Source of the DNA: Catajapyx aquilonaris
Taxonomy: Eukaryota
NCBI GenBank assembly: GCA_000934665.2
Contig: JYFJ02002656.1
Coordinates: 1 to 53,186 of the forward strand
Reading direction: 5' to 3'
DNA length: 53,186 nt
Below, piece after piece: positions 1 to 11,971 of this stretch. A program made the translations under genes and the position numbers. How positions within the stretch are numbered: position 1 is the first letter of the stretch; each line of letters begins with the position of its first letter. Below the pieces are notes generated by a model, which saw only the letters and a list, made by a program, of their open reading frames with translations, was not told the DNA's origin and searched no databases.

Positions 1-93
1 CGTTTCCGGACACGGGTTCCTATGTCAAAAATGTTTGTCTTGGTCCCCTCTATCACCACTAGAAGTTTGTAAAGTTAGGTCGTAAACACCCTG
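1..93. mobile_element. End of a Tc1/mariner-like non-autonomous element (cut by window edge)
   Basis: Ends ...AAACACCCTG|TA, the typical CAGGGTG terminus plus TA target; other end not in window. Confidence 0.45.
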
Positions 94-153
94 TATACGT
101 GTACATATAGAGAAAGACTCCGTATAAATCGCTCTGTTCGCATATATATATAC

Positions 154-3100
154 CAAAGCCAAGAAGACGAGGGCCTCTCCGACCAGCCCTGCCGCGTACG
201 GATAGACGTGCTTGGCGAAGTACCGGTCCACGCACTCCTTCAGCGCGATGTCCACCATCTCGTCAGCCAGGTGGATGCAGTAGTGCAGGTCGTCTTCCAG
301 TTCCAAAAACTCCTGCCTGTGGACACACACACACAATCGTGACAAATCGAGGACAGCATTGAGCCCCCTAATTTAAAAACGTAGCTGTTCAGTGATCTAC
401 AAATTTTTCTTACCACCTCAACCGCGCACCCACACTCGCGCAGCTCCATTGTTCCGACAACAATGTTGCCAGAGTTACTCCTCAGGGAGCAATATAATAG
501 GCGCATTCGGCAATTCAGATTATTCTGAGATGCGTCACGTGATATCTGAGTTGTTAGCCCTGCCCCCCAGAAGATTATTGCCGAACGGCCGAACTGAGAG
601 ACCCCCCTACCCGCCTGTGCTGCATCCCAGTGATCTGCCAATGTTCGGGTATTTCGGTGCCGTATTTCGGACGTTGGCGGGTAATGGTGCGGGTAAAATG
701 AAAATGCGGGTAAAATCGGGTATTTTCAGGTCCTCTCGCGGGGTTTTTGGTCATTTTGCATTGGCAACACTGCTGCATCCATAACAATAATTTGTTTGTT
801 AATTGTTTCTCAGCAAGTAAGTCAGGTGAGCTTGGGAAGTCAGGTAGGGCGCATGCGCACTTACTTCAGGGGGCGTGGCACCTGATTTGCCGAACATCCA
901 AACTGCCCAGGAAGTCAGATTCCTGAATTGCCGAATACGCCTAATAATTCACACCACTAGAGCCTCTGAGACTCAATCCCAGAGCTTTTGAAACGTCGCA
1001 AACGTCCCCCCTCCCTCCCAGCGTAGCGTTGGAAACAAGTGCAGCGATTTCTTATGATTGCACGTACGAGTAAACGTACGTAAAAACGTACGAGTAAACG
1101 TACGAGTAAACAGTCCAAAATTACTCTTTTCCTCGAGGCTCCCTAACACCCACTATATGCAGAGAGCTTTATTAGCAAGCATCGATAATTCCAACACTGC
1201 ATGCTGCGCGAACTGTGATGCCCAGTCGGTTGCCTTGTAAACCAAAAAAAAAATCATCTATACTGGGGCTATGGAAGTGCCGTAGCCTCGTAGGCTGTAT
1301 CCGCTTCCACCGCACTTAAAAAAAAATATATTATTAAATTTTCAGACTAACTATGCCAAGGGAGTTTAAGTAGGCAATATCCCGTCTTTAACTTAAAACT
1401 TTTGCATCATGGAAACCGGAACTGCAGTTCTCATGTCACAAGTTTTGGGCCCAGAAAACGCCACCATATCGATTCAAGCAAAAGTGACTCACGCTATCCT
1501 ATGACCCCCCCCCCCCTCCTGAATGCACCCTGAGACAAATAGAGTTGCTAATAGACGGGGTAATAGGTACTATAATATGAACCAAAATAAAAAAGTAGGT
1601 CCTATCGCCCATCTCTGGCTGGCACCAAACTTTTTATGTATAATGGTCAATGGCTTTTCCTCAGGGATGGAAATGAGGTATATAAAAAATTGAAGAAGGT
1701 GAGAGAGAGGGGGGCCATTTGGTGAGGGGGGGTTTGTTCAATCGATCACCTGTGTGGGGGGGAGGGTCTTATAGCCAACTGTTTCCCAAGTAGAGAGAAC
1801 GGGTTGCAAAGTTCAGTCCAACTGATGGCGTTGCCATGAGAAGTGCTTGGATATAGACAGGGGGACAGCAATAGTTTCCGGGTAGGTGGAATAAGGACAA
1901 TTTTTTTGGCAAAAAAAAAGGGTGTTGTGTCGCACACTTGGTTGGTCAAAGTGGACAGGCCGAAGGGTCAACGAACTCAAAATCGCCCAAGTACTATAAT
2001 ATTTGCTTCAACTGTAAATGAGGCACTGAATTGTTAGATCAAATTGTTGTAGTAAACATTATATACCCGAAAGCAGCTGAGTCCGGATATAACAGACCTG
2101 GAGGACACCACAGTCTGCTACAGCCACTTTTGCAACGAATGCGCTAATTCTGCTGCTTTCCACATGCTTACAATGCACACTATTGCATTTATTAATGAAA
2201 CTATACACAAACATATGCAAAGGTTTCCAATCGAGGGGCCAGGAAAAATGGTCTGTTATAGCCGAAGTGAGTTGAAAATGAGTATGTTATATCAGGAGTA
2301 TAAAAAAAGTGCACAGTTGGCTGGAACCAGTCTTCGAGTCTGTCATAACTGAAAGTCTGGTTACAGCCGAGGCTGTTATATCCGGATTCAACTGTATATA
2401 TAAAAAAGATGGGTGTTTTTATTTCTTTACGAGTGCAACCGAGTGCGCACCACAGTTTGCGCATCTTGCACGGTTGGTATTATCAATGATAGTTGGTAAG
2501 CCCCATTTTACAGTACTGTGCTACGCTGCTTATTTCCAACGCTAAGTTTGTGGGGATAACTAAATGGCCGACGTTTTCGACGTTGCCGTGAGTCTATGGA
2601 GCGAACCTCAGATGCTTACGCCAACTCTGGCAACGTTGTTGTCAGAACAAAATGGAGCTGCGCGAGTGTGGGTACGCACTTGGGTTGCTCTCGTTAAAAT
2701 AATCGTCTTTATATAGAAGCGATCAGATGATCGCTTTCTGACGTCACGAAGCGATCGCCACAATAATCGCTCGCTTTCGATCAACATGGACTTTTGTATA
2801 AGCGAGCGATTTTTGGACGTGAACTGTCCTCAACAATATTTGGCGAATTGTTAACTTTGTCGCTTCTCTAAAAAATTAGGGGCCGAATTCAGAGAGGTTG
2901 CTTAACGTAAACGCGCCCGATTAAATCCTTTAGTCATCCTCGATTAGAAAATTTAACCAACCTGCTAATATAAAGACGGCGATTAGCGCTAAACGCCCCC
3001 TAATCGCACTTGCTAGCACTTTTAAATTTGCTAATCGAGGACGACTAAAGGATTTAATCGGGCGCGTTTACGTTAAGCAACCTCTCTGAATTCGGCCCTA

Positions 3101-3667
3101 GATAAAAATTTTAACGAGCTAAACTGAGTGCTCATCCTCACTCGCGCAGCTCTGTTGTGACAAACACAGTAGGGGCATATGCGGTTCGTTCCAGAGCCCC
3201 CCCCCCNNNCCCCCCCCAAACGTAGCGTTGGAAATAAGTGCAGGAGCTTATATACCACTACACCTACCATACAGAGAGCCGCTAAGGTTCGTCCAAGAAC
3301 CTTTATATCGGCAACGTCGCAAACGTCTCCGCCCCAAGCGTAGCGTTGGAAATAAGTGCAACTCACCGCAGCAATCATTGATAATGCCAACCCTGTAATC
3401 TGCGCTAATAACTGTGGAGCGCAATCGGTTTCGCTCATGAAAGTTCTGCCAAAAAGTTCATCTTATAACACGACGGACTCCTTGTTCGCCTGCTGTCGAT
3501 CGATGTGATTGATCCGAATCCAATCGGTTTGGTATAGATCTAGCTACTCACCAGCTCGACCATGTCAACAATACTGGTATGATGTCCCCAGGTTTGTTGT
3601 CTTCTTCCGACGCTGCTGTAGCCGACTTCGTACCCTTTTTGGCTGGTTTATTGGCTTTCTTACTCAT
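154..3667 (-). CDS. C2orf81/DUF4639-like protein, first two coding exons (3667-3552, 316-154); continues beyond window start
   Basis: MSKKANKPAKK...PGDIIPVLLTWSS-W splices in phase 2 (TG|G, gtgagt/cacag) to QEFLELEDDLHYCIHLADEMVDIALKECVDRYFAKHVYPYAAGLVGEAL; resembles the recalled C2orf81 N-terminus (DIVPGRLSEAEW...LEEGED...IPF). Gene structure solid, family call moderate. Confidence 0.6.
499..942. mobile_element. MITE, probably PIF/Harbinger-like
   Basis: TIRs AGGCGCATTCGGCAATTCAG ... CTGAATTGCCGAATACGCCT, flanked by AAT on both sides. Confidence 0.7.
628..772. mobile_element. hAT-type MITE nested in the 499-942 element
   Basis: CAGTGATCTGCCAATG ... CATTGGCAACACTG termini with perfect 8-bp TSD CTGCATCC (620-627, 773-780). 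Confidence 0.8.
2074..2394. mobile_element. pogo/Tc1-like MITE
   Basis: Imperfect TIRs CAGCTGAGTCCGGATATAACAG ... CTGTTATATCCGGATTCAACTG followed by TA. Confidence 0.65.
2425..2700 (+). repeat. Dispersed ~250-300 bp repeat family (other copies ~425-1240 split by insertions, 3130-3440 inverted, 23870-24085)
   Basis: Shared blocks GCAACCGAGTGCGCA-CACAGTT-GCGCA, CTTATTTCCAACGCTA, GACGTTGCC and GGAGCTGCGCGAGTGTGG in all copies. Confidence 0.75.
2880..3098. mobile_element. Near-palindromic MITE (Harbinger/Tourist-like)
   Basis: ~65-bp near-perfect TIRs GGGCCGAATTCAGAGAGGTTGCTTAACGTAAACGCGCCCGATTAAATCCTTTAGTC; 3-bp TSD TAG. Confidence 0.85.
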
Positions 3668-4972
3668 GACTACTTGAAAAAGACTTATTGAAAAGACTCC
3701 TTGTTTTTTAAAATTGCAAATTAAAAAATTGGCACAGGCAAAAAAAAATGAAGCCAATAGAAGTTTGAGCAGTAACTGTGGTTACCCTAACTGTTGAACT
3801 GGTTTTTAATTGTGTGTAATTGGCTGCAATGATTAAACAGTTTCTTAGCTACTGACACACATGCTCATTGTTGGTGAGATATACTCATTACAACTTTTTT
3901 TTACACTTCTAATCTGCATGCGAATTAATTGCAATTTTGTACTGCAGCTTTTAACGCTCGTAATTATATACGGAACTGTAATTATTATTGTTACGAAGCA
4001 TTTATTTTCCTCCCACAGAAGATAACAACCTACAGGATTATTGTCACCAAGGTAAATACTACAACAATACATTGTTAAATTGTTGCGGTGATTCACGCCA
4101 TGTTGGTAATTAAGAATACTTTTTTTTAAACTTTCATTAGAAATTAATTAGTGTGGTTAGCACTGCCACATTACAAACGTAGAATTCGTGCCATTTGATT
4201 GTTAACACTGTGTAATGGCTTAATGCATTGTCACAGTGCGACAATTTGTGTCGTTTTTTTTTGTAGAGTAATAACCGATGTTGTGTTCCTAAAAATAAAT
4301 AATTTTGGCTGCTATTTTTATCATTACTTCCGGTTTCGTGTTAAGTGTCGCGTGGATTTTTTTTGATTTGTTCAATGTGTCACAATGACAGGTCCCTGTA
4401 ATTATTTATTTGCGCTGCATGAAGCCAAGGAGGTACTTAATCCGGTGGTGTACTGCATGCATTAAATTAGTCAGTCGTGAAAAAAAATTAATGTGTACCA
4501 AAAATACAAAATAATAATAAGCCTATAAAAATTCATTGGCACATAATAATTTTTTTCCTCCTTAAATTATCATCCATAATTTTACGTAATATATAATTTT
4601 GCTGGAATTATCAAACAAACCAAGGTTCAAAAACAGCGGTTCAAACGCCATCTGCTGTCAAGCATGGCCATTACAACAACTAATTTTTATCACCACTAAT
4701 TAATATTAAGCTAAAAACTTATCGTCACGTCCAGCTGTAAACTCGCGCAATCTTAATTGCAATTTATTAATTAAATTTCAGAGATCTGTTTAATTCCTGT
4801 CAACCCTGATAATTTCACAAGCCAATCAAGACGGAGTCGACAACAAAGCGTGTGATTCTTCCAGCCATAGTTTCCCGCCAATTTTCGAAGGCAAGTCTCG
4901 CAAAAAAAAATTGGCGAAATTTTTTTGCGAACTTAATTTTTTTTTCTTCAGGTCGACAAGTACGACATCAAG

Positions 4973-7443
4973 ATGTCCAGGGCTCCCCAGCGGCCTCCGA
5001 AACCTCCGGCTTGGGAAGGGCCGTTTCCACGCACAAGTAAGTACACATTGCGCGCAAAAAAAAAAACTGGCGGAATTTTTTTTCGCACGCAATTTTTCTG
5101 GTGGGCGTCCAGACGCCGACGCAGTGGACGCCCGAATTTCTGCGCAGGTCCCGGATTTTCGCAGAAACCTGTCCTGGCGAAAATCGACCATCGCCTACTC
5201 ATTTTATATAGTTGCGAAAAAAAAATTTGCGACGCACTTCATAAACCCGCATTGTTTCACTGCTCCTGCTCTAAATTAGTGCGGAAATTGATTACATGGT
5301 AAGCCTGACTGCACTTACTTTTATAGCGAGTTTTCATGGGTCATTAATTTTGCCAAATATGATCTGTAATTATAGTTCAGGATTGATTTTTGATCGTACC
5401 TGTTGCTATATATACAGTGCTGGCATTTTCAATATTGCGAAAAAGGTCAGCCGCTTGCTGCAATGTAATTGGCTTGTCGTTTACTCGTCATGTCTCGTAA
5501 GTTACACTGACATTTCACCTGGGTTCAACCGCAGCAAACGGTACCGTCTTGGTCAAAATATTAATTAGCATTGTTGTCTTGATAAATTCTCAATTAGCAT
5601 TGTCACCTTGGTCAAAATATTAATTAAAAACCATAATATTAATTCAACCGCAGCAAAATGGCAAAATATTAATTGGCGTTGTCGTCGTGGTCAAAAATAT
5701 TAATTAAAAACCGTAATATTAATTCAACCGCAGCAAAATGGCAAAATATTAATTGGCGTTGTCGTCTTGGTCAAAAATATTAATTAAAAACCATAATATT
5801 AATTCAACCGCAGCAAAATGGCAAAATATTAATTGGCGTTGTCGTCTTGGTCAAAAATATTAATTCAAAATCAAAATAACGGTCAAAATATCAATTGGCG
5901 TAGTCATTTTGGTTAAAATACCAATTATGATTGTTGCCTTGGTCAAACTATCAATTAGCCTTGTTGTGTTAGAGCCCTCGACGAAGAACTTCCTGAAGGC
6001 GAACGTGAGGGAGCTGCGTCAGATGCAGGCCCGCAACCGCCAGAAGGAGATCGACATGGAGCAGGAGCGGCAGCAGCAGACTCCGATCAAGCCGTTGCAC
6101 TCCGAGAAGTACAGGCGGGTCAGGTCGAAGGTCGCTGGAATGATCAAGGTAAAATGTTAAAAGCACAGGGCGTGCAGGCAGATGCTGACGGTCTTACCGT
6201 TTCCAGGGCACGGCTGATTCCAATCGTCGCGGTCACTCCCTGACCTCCCTGGACAAGCTGCAGCACCGGTCGTGCGAGTCCGGCCTGGGGGCGTCCCGCA
6301 CCCCATCGCCGGACACCCAGGCAACGGCATCCACTTCGAACATGGCTACGACTGCGGAGTACCCCCGCCAGCTCAGCCAGAGCATGGCGGAGATGAGCAT
6401 GGGCATGGGCGATGACACCCCGGTCGCCCCAACCGCAGGCAGGACCAGGTATAACGGAAGGCATGGTGTAAAGTGAGCACTTTTTTTTTTTCACACACGC
6501 TTTTGAATCGGGTGAGAGCACGCGGTTTCACCCGAGTGGCTTTCCGCAATTTTCTACCACATGCTCCTCCCCCGTGCACCGCAGGCCGATGGTGTCGGTA
6601 GGCACAAGCACTGATGATTTCTGGTACCGTCCCGAATCCGGCGTTGATAGCACTGGCGGAAGCGCAGCACGGACGGCCATTGGAGACGGTCCAGTCCGAG
6701 GCACCATCAGCGACCGGGAGGAGATGAAGACTGCGGCTACCAGCCTCCCATCGCCGATGGGCTTCCCGGCGCCGCCCATGTCCGCAACGTCCTCGTGCCA
6801 AACGGATGAGAAGGATGACGACAGCCACAGGCTACCGGTACGTTACTCTCCCCCCCCTGCTAAGCAAGGTGTTACGACAATGCTTTCCAGCTTCTGGCGC
6901 CATCGGCCGTCACGACAGCTACTTCCGGCCCACCCACAAGGTTTGGGACTACAAAGGGGAGGACCAAGGAGGACGCATCCAAGCCCCCATCCGGATACCA
7001 GCGAGGTGTTGTGCCAAGGTGAGTAACAATTGCGGCGTTATTGCGAATCATTACTGGCGATATCCTACAGGTACCTGCGCGACCGTCAGGAGGGCTGGAA
7101 GCAGGATGAGAAGCGTCGGCAGGAGGAGGAAGCCTTCGCAAAGACGTGCCCGCCAGGACACATACCAGTGTCAGACGAGGAAAGGCTCGACACGTTGCGT
7201 CTACTCAAGACAAGTAAGTGACAAACCGGCATCGTCAAAAATTGGTGTGGATACTTACGTCCCTTTTTGCGGTACTTGCCAGGCTACGAGAAGCTGATCA
7301 AGGAGCTGAACTCGATGCCGCTCTGCAAGGACACTGTCCGCATCCGCCAGCGGAAGGTGGAGATAGAGAAGCAGCTGGTCAAGCTCGAGGAAGGGATCAA
7401 GGTGTTCTCCAGGCCAAAGGTCTTCATCAAGGTCGACTCTTAA
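4973..7443 (+). CDS. ENKD1: Enkurin domain-containing protein 1; exons 4973-5036, 5973-6148, 6207-6448, 6585-6837, 6891-7018, 7071-7213, 7283-7443
   Basis: All junctions GT/AG and in phase; N-terminal NFLKANVRELRQMQ and C-terminal enkurin domain GYQRGVVPRYLRDR...CPPGHIPVSDEERLDTL...RQRKVEIEKQLVKLEEGIKVFSRPKVFIK. Confidence 0.9.
5525..5965. repeat. Intronic tandem repeat, 80-bp period
   Basis: AATTCAACCGCAGCAAAATGGCAAAATATTAATTGGCGTTGTCGTC at 5641, 5721, 5801 with degenerate flanking units. Confidence 0.9.
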
Positions 7444-9372
7444 AAAGTGGGGAGGGGGGGCCAAACCTTTCAAGCGGGAGGAGGAGGGGATGAAGAGCCA
7501 CATAAATTTTTATTCCTCATTTGTACCCTCCCGCCCTCTCCTTCTTTAATGAATTAATTGCCATTACATACAGCTCTCTCAAGTACGACTTCATTCCGTG
7601 CGTTGCCGGCTTAGGGTGAACTTGCCTACGAAACTTTATGCAAATTGGTCGTATCACGAGTAATTAGATGACATTTTTTTTTGCGGTTGGCTCGCATCGA
7701 ATACGGTGGGGATGTAGAAGTACGAAGCAACTGGGGTAATTATGTTTCGACAACGATGCAAGTCTCAGGGCCAAGTCGATGCGAGCCACCTTTTGTTAAG
7801 GGCCTCCTTGCAAAGTATTACGTGCATTACGCATTTTGTAGCGAGTTCTCGAGAAACGTTGGAAATCAGGTCCCGTACCTCGTTAGACGGCCGCGGCTTT
7901 TAAATTTCAATTGTGTGCCTTTTGAAAAGTTTATGCGTTGTTTTGCTGTTGTTTCAGTTGCAAGAGGCGGCCCCACATTCCTTGACAAGAGCATTCCTGC
8001 TTGCCGCATAGGACATATGTTCCTCTTAGTTTTTTAAAATATATATTGTGTTAGTAATTTATTGTTGCCATGTATGGAACACGGGTACTCCTTTTTAAAA
8101 GTATTGCGAGGCAAAAACAAGTTCCAGGTGCTGTCCGCTTTCCGATTACACGATGCCAAGTGGAAAAGAAAAAAATGTTCTGTGACGGAACATTTCGTGA
8201 TGCTTCAAAAGGGGAGGGAAAATGTTGTTGCCAAGTTGAACCGGTCTGCGACATGTTCGAAGGTTGCTAAGTCGAGTCGCAGTTGCAACTCCCCCAAGAC
8301 TGGAGCACGTATTTTTTACTGTTGTAGAAAAGGATGCGATTGAAATCAGTATGAACTCTCCCTCCAAGAAAAATAAATAACTAACCATCCATTTTTGATG
8401 TTGCCAGCTTTTCTTTTTAACGGTCCTAACGAGTTATGTCAATCGTAAAGCACCTTTACCCCCCCCCCCAGCACTGTCGTCACTTATCAATCGATACGAG
8501 TAACTGAAAGGTCACGTTTCGTAGTTGAGCAGTAACGATCCGACCTACTGGGTTTTAATTTTTTGTCAGCTGGTTGTGACCAAATGGTGCCTTTTATGTC
8601 TTTTTCCGATCTCATTTTATGTCTAGAAAGAAAAAAAAAAGCGAGGTTCTCTAGTCAACCTAATCATTATATTTACTTTTTTCTTTTCCGCCGATTTTGT
8701 GCCTCCCATCCAGTGTTTTTACGAATCTTTATCTCTTGTTCTTTTCTTTCCTTGCACCTGTCCATCTTGTTCGAGGCAACATAACGATGCATTCATCCTT
8801 TCGGATCTAGTTAAAAACTGGTATGCAAGAATATATATTAAAAAGTTGTAAGCTCTTATTCGTTTGTATTATTCTGTCGTTAGCATTAGACAAAATTATT
8901 CCTTTCCAGGTGACTTTAATGTCATTTATGTTTGAGGAGATCAAAGGTTATCTTCTTAAGCATTATCTAAATTCCGTTGTGTTGTTGAGTGAAGGTACAA
9001 TTTATTATTAATTATTATATTAGTATGTTCCCATTTAAATGTCTGCTGAGGTCCGTGCGCTACGCATTAATTTTAATTAATTAATTTAAATGCCTGTTGC
9101 CAAGTTAAGCAACGGGTAGTAACGGGGGCCCGGGTAGTATAGCAAATTTTTTAAAGCAGTCATGATAGTGCTTTTAATTAATTAATTAAATTTGAATGCT
9201 TCATTACGCGGTATTGACAGGAATGTTCCTTGAAATCACAACACCACCTATTTAACAGTGAACTAGAATAATTTAATGTGCCAGACTAGAGATTAAAATT
9301 GGGGCGATCATTATTTTTTTTTACATTAATATTACAGTTTAAAATTTGGTTGCTACCTCTGCCATGTAACAG

Positions 9373-11057
9373 TTACGACGAAGGCTGGCCCACTGGAGTT
9401 ACCGTGACTGGCCCCCTGTGCGGCTTGTGAATAAATTCCTCTTCGTCCAGGATGACCTTATTGTTGCGGAACCAGATCTCATGGTCCCGGTACCACAAGC
9501 TGAGGTCAAACTTTGGAAAGAAGAAGCTTATCTCGCATGCCGCCGTTTCAGGTGCATCTAGAATGGATAAGTCATTTATGGACAAACCTATTGCATTGAT
9601 TAGCTCAAGTTACCTGATCCATGTGTTGCATTCCTTGTGTCGCTGAGCCCGTAAAGTCCCCTGAGGGAAGACGGGGCTTCAAAATGAGCCTTGTGCGTCT
9701 TGGTAGGGCCCATCAGATTGCGCCACCTCTCAATAGCTTCCTCGTGGGCCAGCACATGAACATGGATCGGACCACTTCCAACAAAACAAAAGTGGCATTA
9801 AAACAAGCGCACCTACATGATGTGCCCATACATACCTGCACATGAAGGTGACAAGCCTGTCATAGAAGAACCTGCCTTTGTGAACCGAGTAGAACTGTTC
9901 TGCCTCCACCAGGCTCAATCGGCACTGACGTGTCTTCACCACCAAAAATCCATTCTCAAGGATGTGGTTGCGAATACCCTGAAATTTCAACACCCGCAAA
10001 AGTAGTGTAAAAAATCAGATTCCTCTCAATATACGAGGTGTGATCGAAAAGTTCCCGGACTTTTGTTCATAAAAACATTGATATTTACTCCATATGCACA
10101 ATTCCTAAAATGTCAAAGAAAATGATCAGCATCGAGTTGATTTTGCTGCGAACTTGGCGCACCACCTTTGAAGCTGTTAAACCATGTTATTGTTGGCCTT
10201 ACAGCTTCCTCATCAGAAGCCTTGTTCAGCAATCGGTGGGTTGCAGCCGAAGTTTCGTTGAGCTGGACGCAAAATTTAATACAAATCCTTTGCTCCCTAA
10301 CATAAGCCATTTCGAAAAATCGCAGAAGCACAAGAACAAGGTGTCGAGATAACTGGAGAAACTCGGAAACATGTTCACCTATGAAGACAATATTTTTCAG
10401 AATTCCTAGCGTCACAAGTTCGTACCTCCACTGGTTTGCACGGTATATCGAAAGTCCGGGAACTTTTCGTTCACACCTCGTATTATTTAATAACAATAAC
10501 GTCGTATTTGTTAATATTTATTAGTAATTATTCATTGTTCATTGTTTTTTTATTTACTATTGTATCATTTCTGAGACATTTATTGTTAAAGCATTTTTTA
10601 AAAGTGATTATTATTATTTTCATTCTTATTAATTCTGTATTATTTACACATAATTTTGTCTGTATTATTATTATTTACTATTATAGATTATTATACATTA
10701 TTATTTCCCCTTCATAGCTGACTACCCCTCATAGGGAAATGTCGTGATGGTGACGATAATGATACATTATTATTGATTATTATGTCCGCATTATTACTTG
10801 TATACATTATTGTTTAATTATTATTAATTCGTTATTATTTTAAATAACACTTTCCATCATCATTTATATTAATTAATTATAATTTCGGTGACCTTGTTAG
10901 ATGTGGCTCTTCCTGCAAATAAATAACCAGTAGAGAATGATGGGCAAAAATGAATGACCTGCAGTGCCATGGGCCTCTTGACGACGTCTGGCTTGAGTAT
11001 GGCGAGGGTCAGCTCCAGGGCCTTCTGGACCCTCTGGCACAGCCTCCTCACCGACAT
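9373..11057 (-). CDS. NME6: Nucleoside diphosphate kinase 6; exons 11057-10959, 9978-9836, 9774-9614, 9557-9373
   Basis: LELTLAILKPDVV, FYSVHKGRFFYDRLVTFMCSGP, WRNLMGPTK, SLRGLYGLSDTRNATHGSD (catalytic His), EISFFFPKF; in-phase splice sites. Confidence 0.93.
10034..10480 (-). mobile_element. Internally deleted mariner element in NME6 intron 1
   Basis: TIRs CGAGGTGTGATCGAAAAGTTCCCGGACTTT / AAAGTCCGGGAACTTTTCGTTCACACCTCG, TA TSD, remnant transposase N-terminus EQRICIKFCVQLNETSAATHRLL. Confidence 0.9.
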
Positions 11058-11423
11058 CCTGTCTGGCCCAGACTATTCCTTTCTTTCCCCCCGCCAAAAG
11101 TCCTACTAATTATTCCTAGAAAAAACCTTTGCTCCTAATGCTTGGTTAATAATAATTAATTATGCTTCCTTACAATATCTTCTGTGCTTTTCCCCCTCTC
11201 TGCCCAGATAATTCGGTGATGTTACGGACTCAGTTCCATGGCCAGTGTCCAGCCCCGTTCAAATTTTGATGCAGGTAGATTTTTAAACGGGTCAATTTTG
11301 AGATCCCAAAAAAATTTGAAAAGGAAATAAAAATATAAAAAATTCAATGTTCTACGCCGCCATCTTGTAAACGATACGAGATTGTTCGTAGCTTCAAATC
11401 GATACTTTCCAAGCGCCTGAATA

Positions 11424-11434
11424 TTTATCGATAC
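11424..11434. promoter_or_regulatory. DRE element (TATCGATA) upstream of NME6
   Basis: Exact DREF palindrome ~370 bp upstream of the ATG of a housekeeping gene. Confidence 0.45.
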
Positions 11435-11971
11435 CACCCGCGGCGCCAAATTCGATCTGATCAAAATCGTCATTATTTTAAAAAAGTCCAGCCCCGTACG
11501 AGTTTATTAAAGTGAATTAACAATTATCATTATTCCGACAGTTGCTGAATGTTGAACCAATTGTTACCTTCAATTAGTCGTAAAAGGAAACTAATATTAA
11601 TTAAGTTTAAGTAATTAACATAGTCTGTTGTATTTAAGGCTACAAATGTGTATAGAGTATTCGTATTTATTTTTTTAACTTATACCTATCATTTTTTCAT
11701 TTATATTTACTTGCTTATTTTCCTCTTTTTAAATGCGATTTGTTTGTTTTCTTCGTAGTTTGTAACTCATTCTGAAACATGTTGGAGCGGACACATTTAT
11801 TTCTCGGAAGTCGGAGATCACAATTTACCGACTGGCACTTTAGCAATACCATGAATCTCGTGACACGGACACAACAAAGTCAACGCGATATTTTTTTTTT
11901 TAACTTGCAATTAGAATGCAATGGTTGCATTACAACCGTGCACATGTCTCCACTTCAACCATTCCAGCGTG

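Noticed and set aside
5525..5965. Regular repeats resembling a CRISPR array
   Set aside because: Whole units repeat with no unique spacers; eukaryotic intron; no cas genes.
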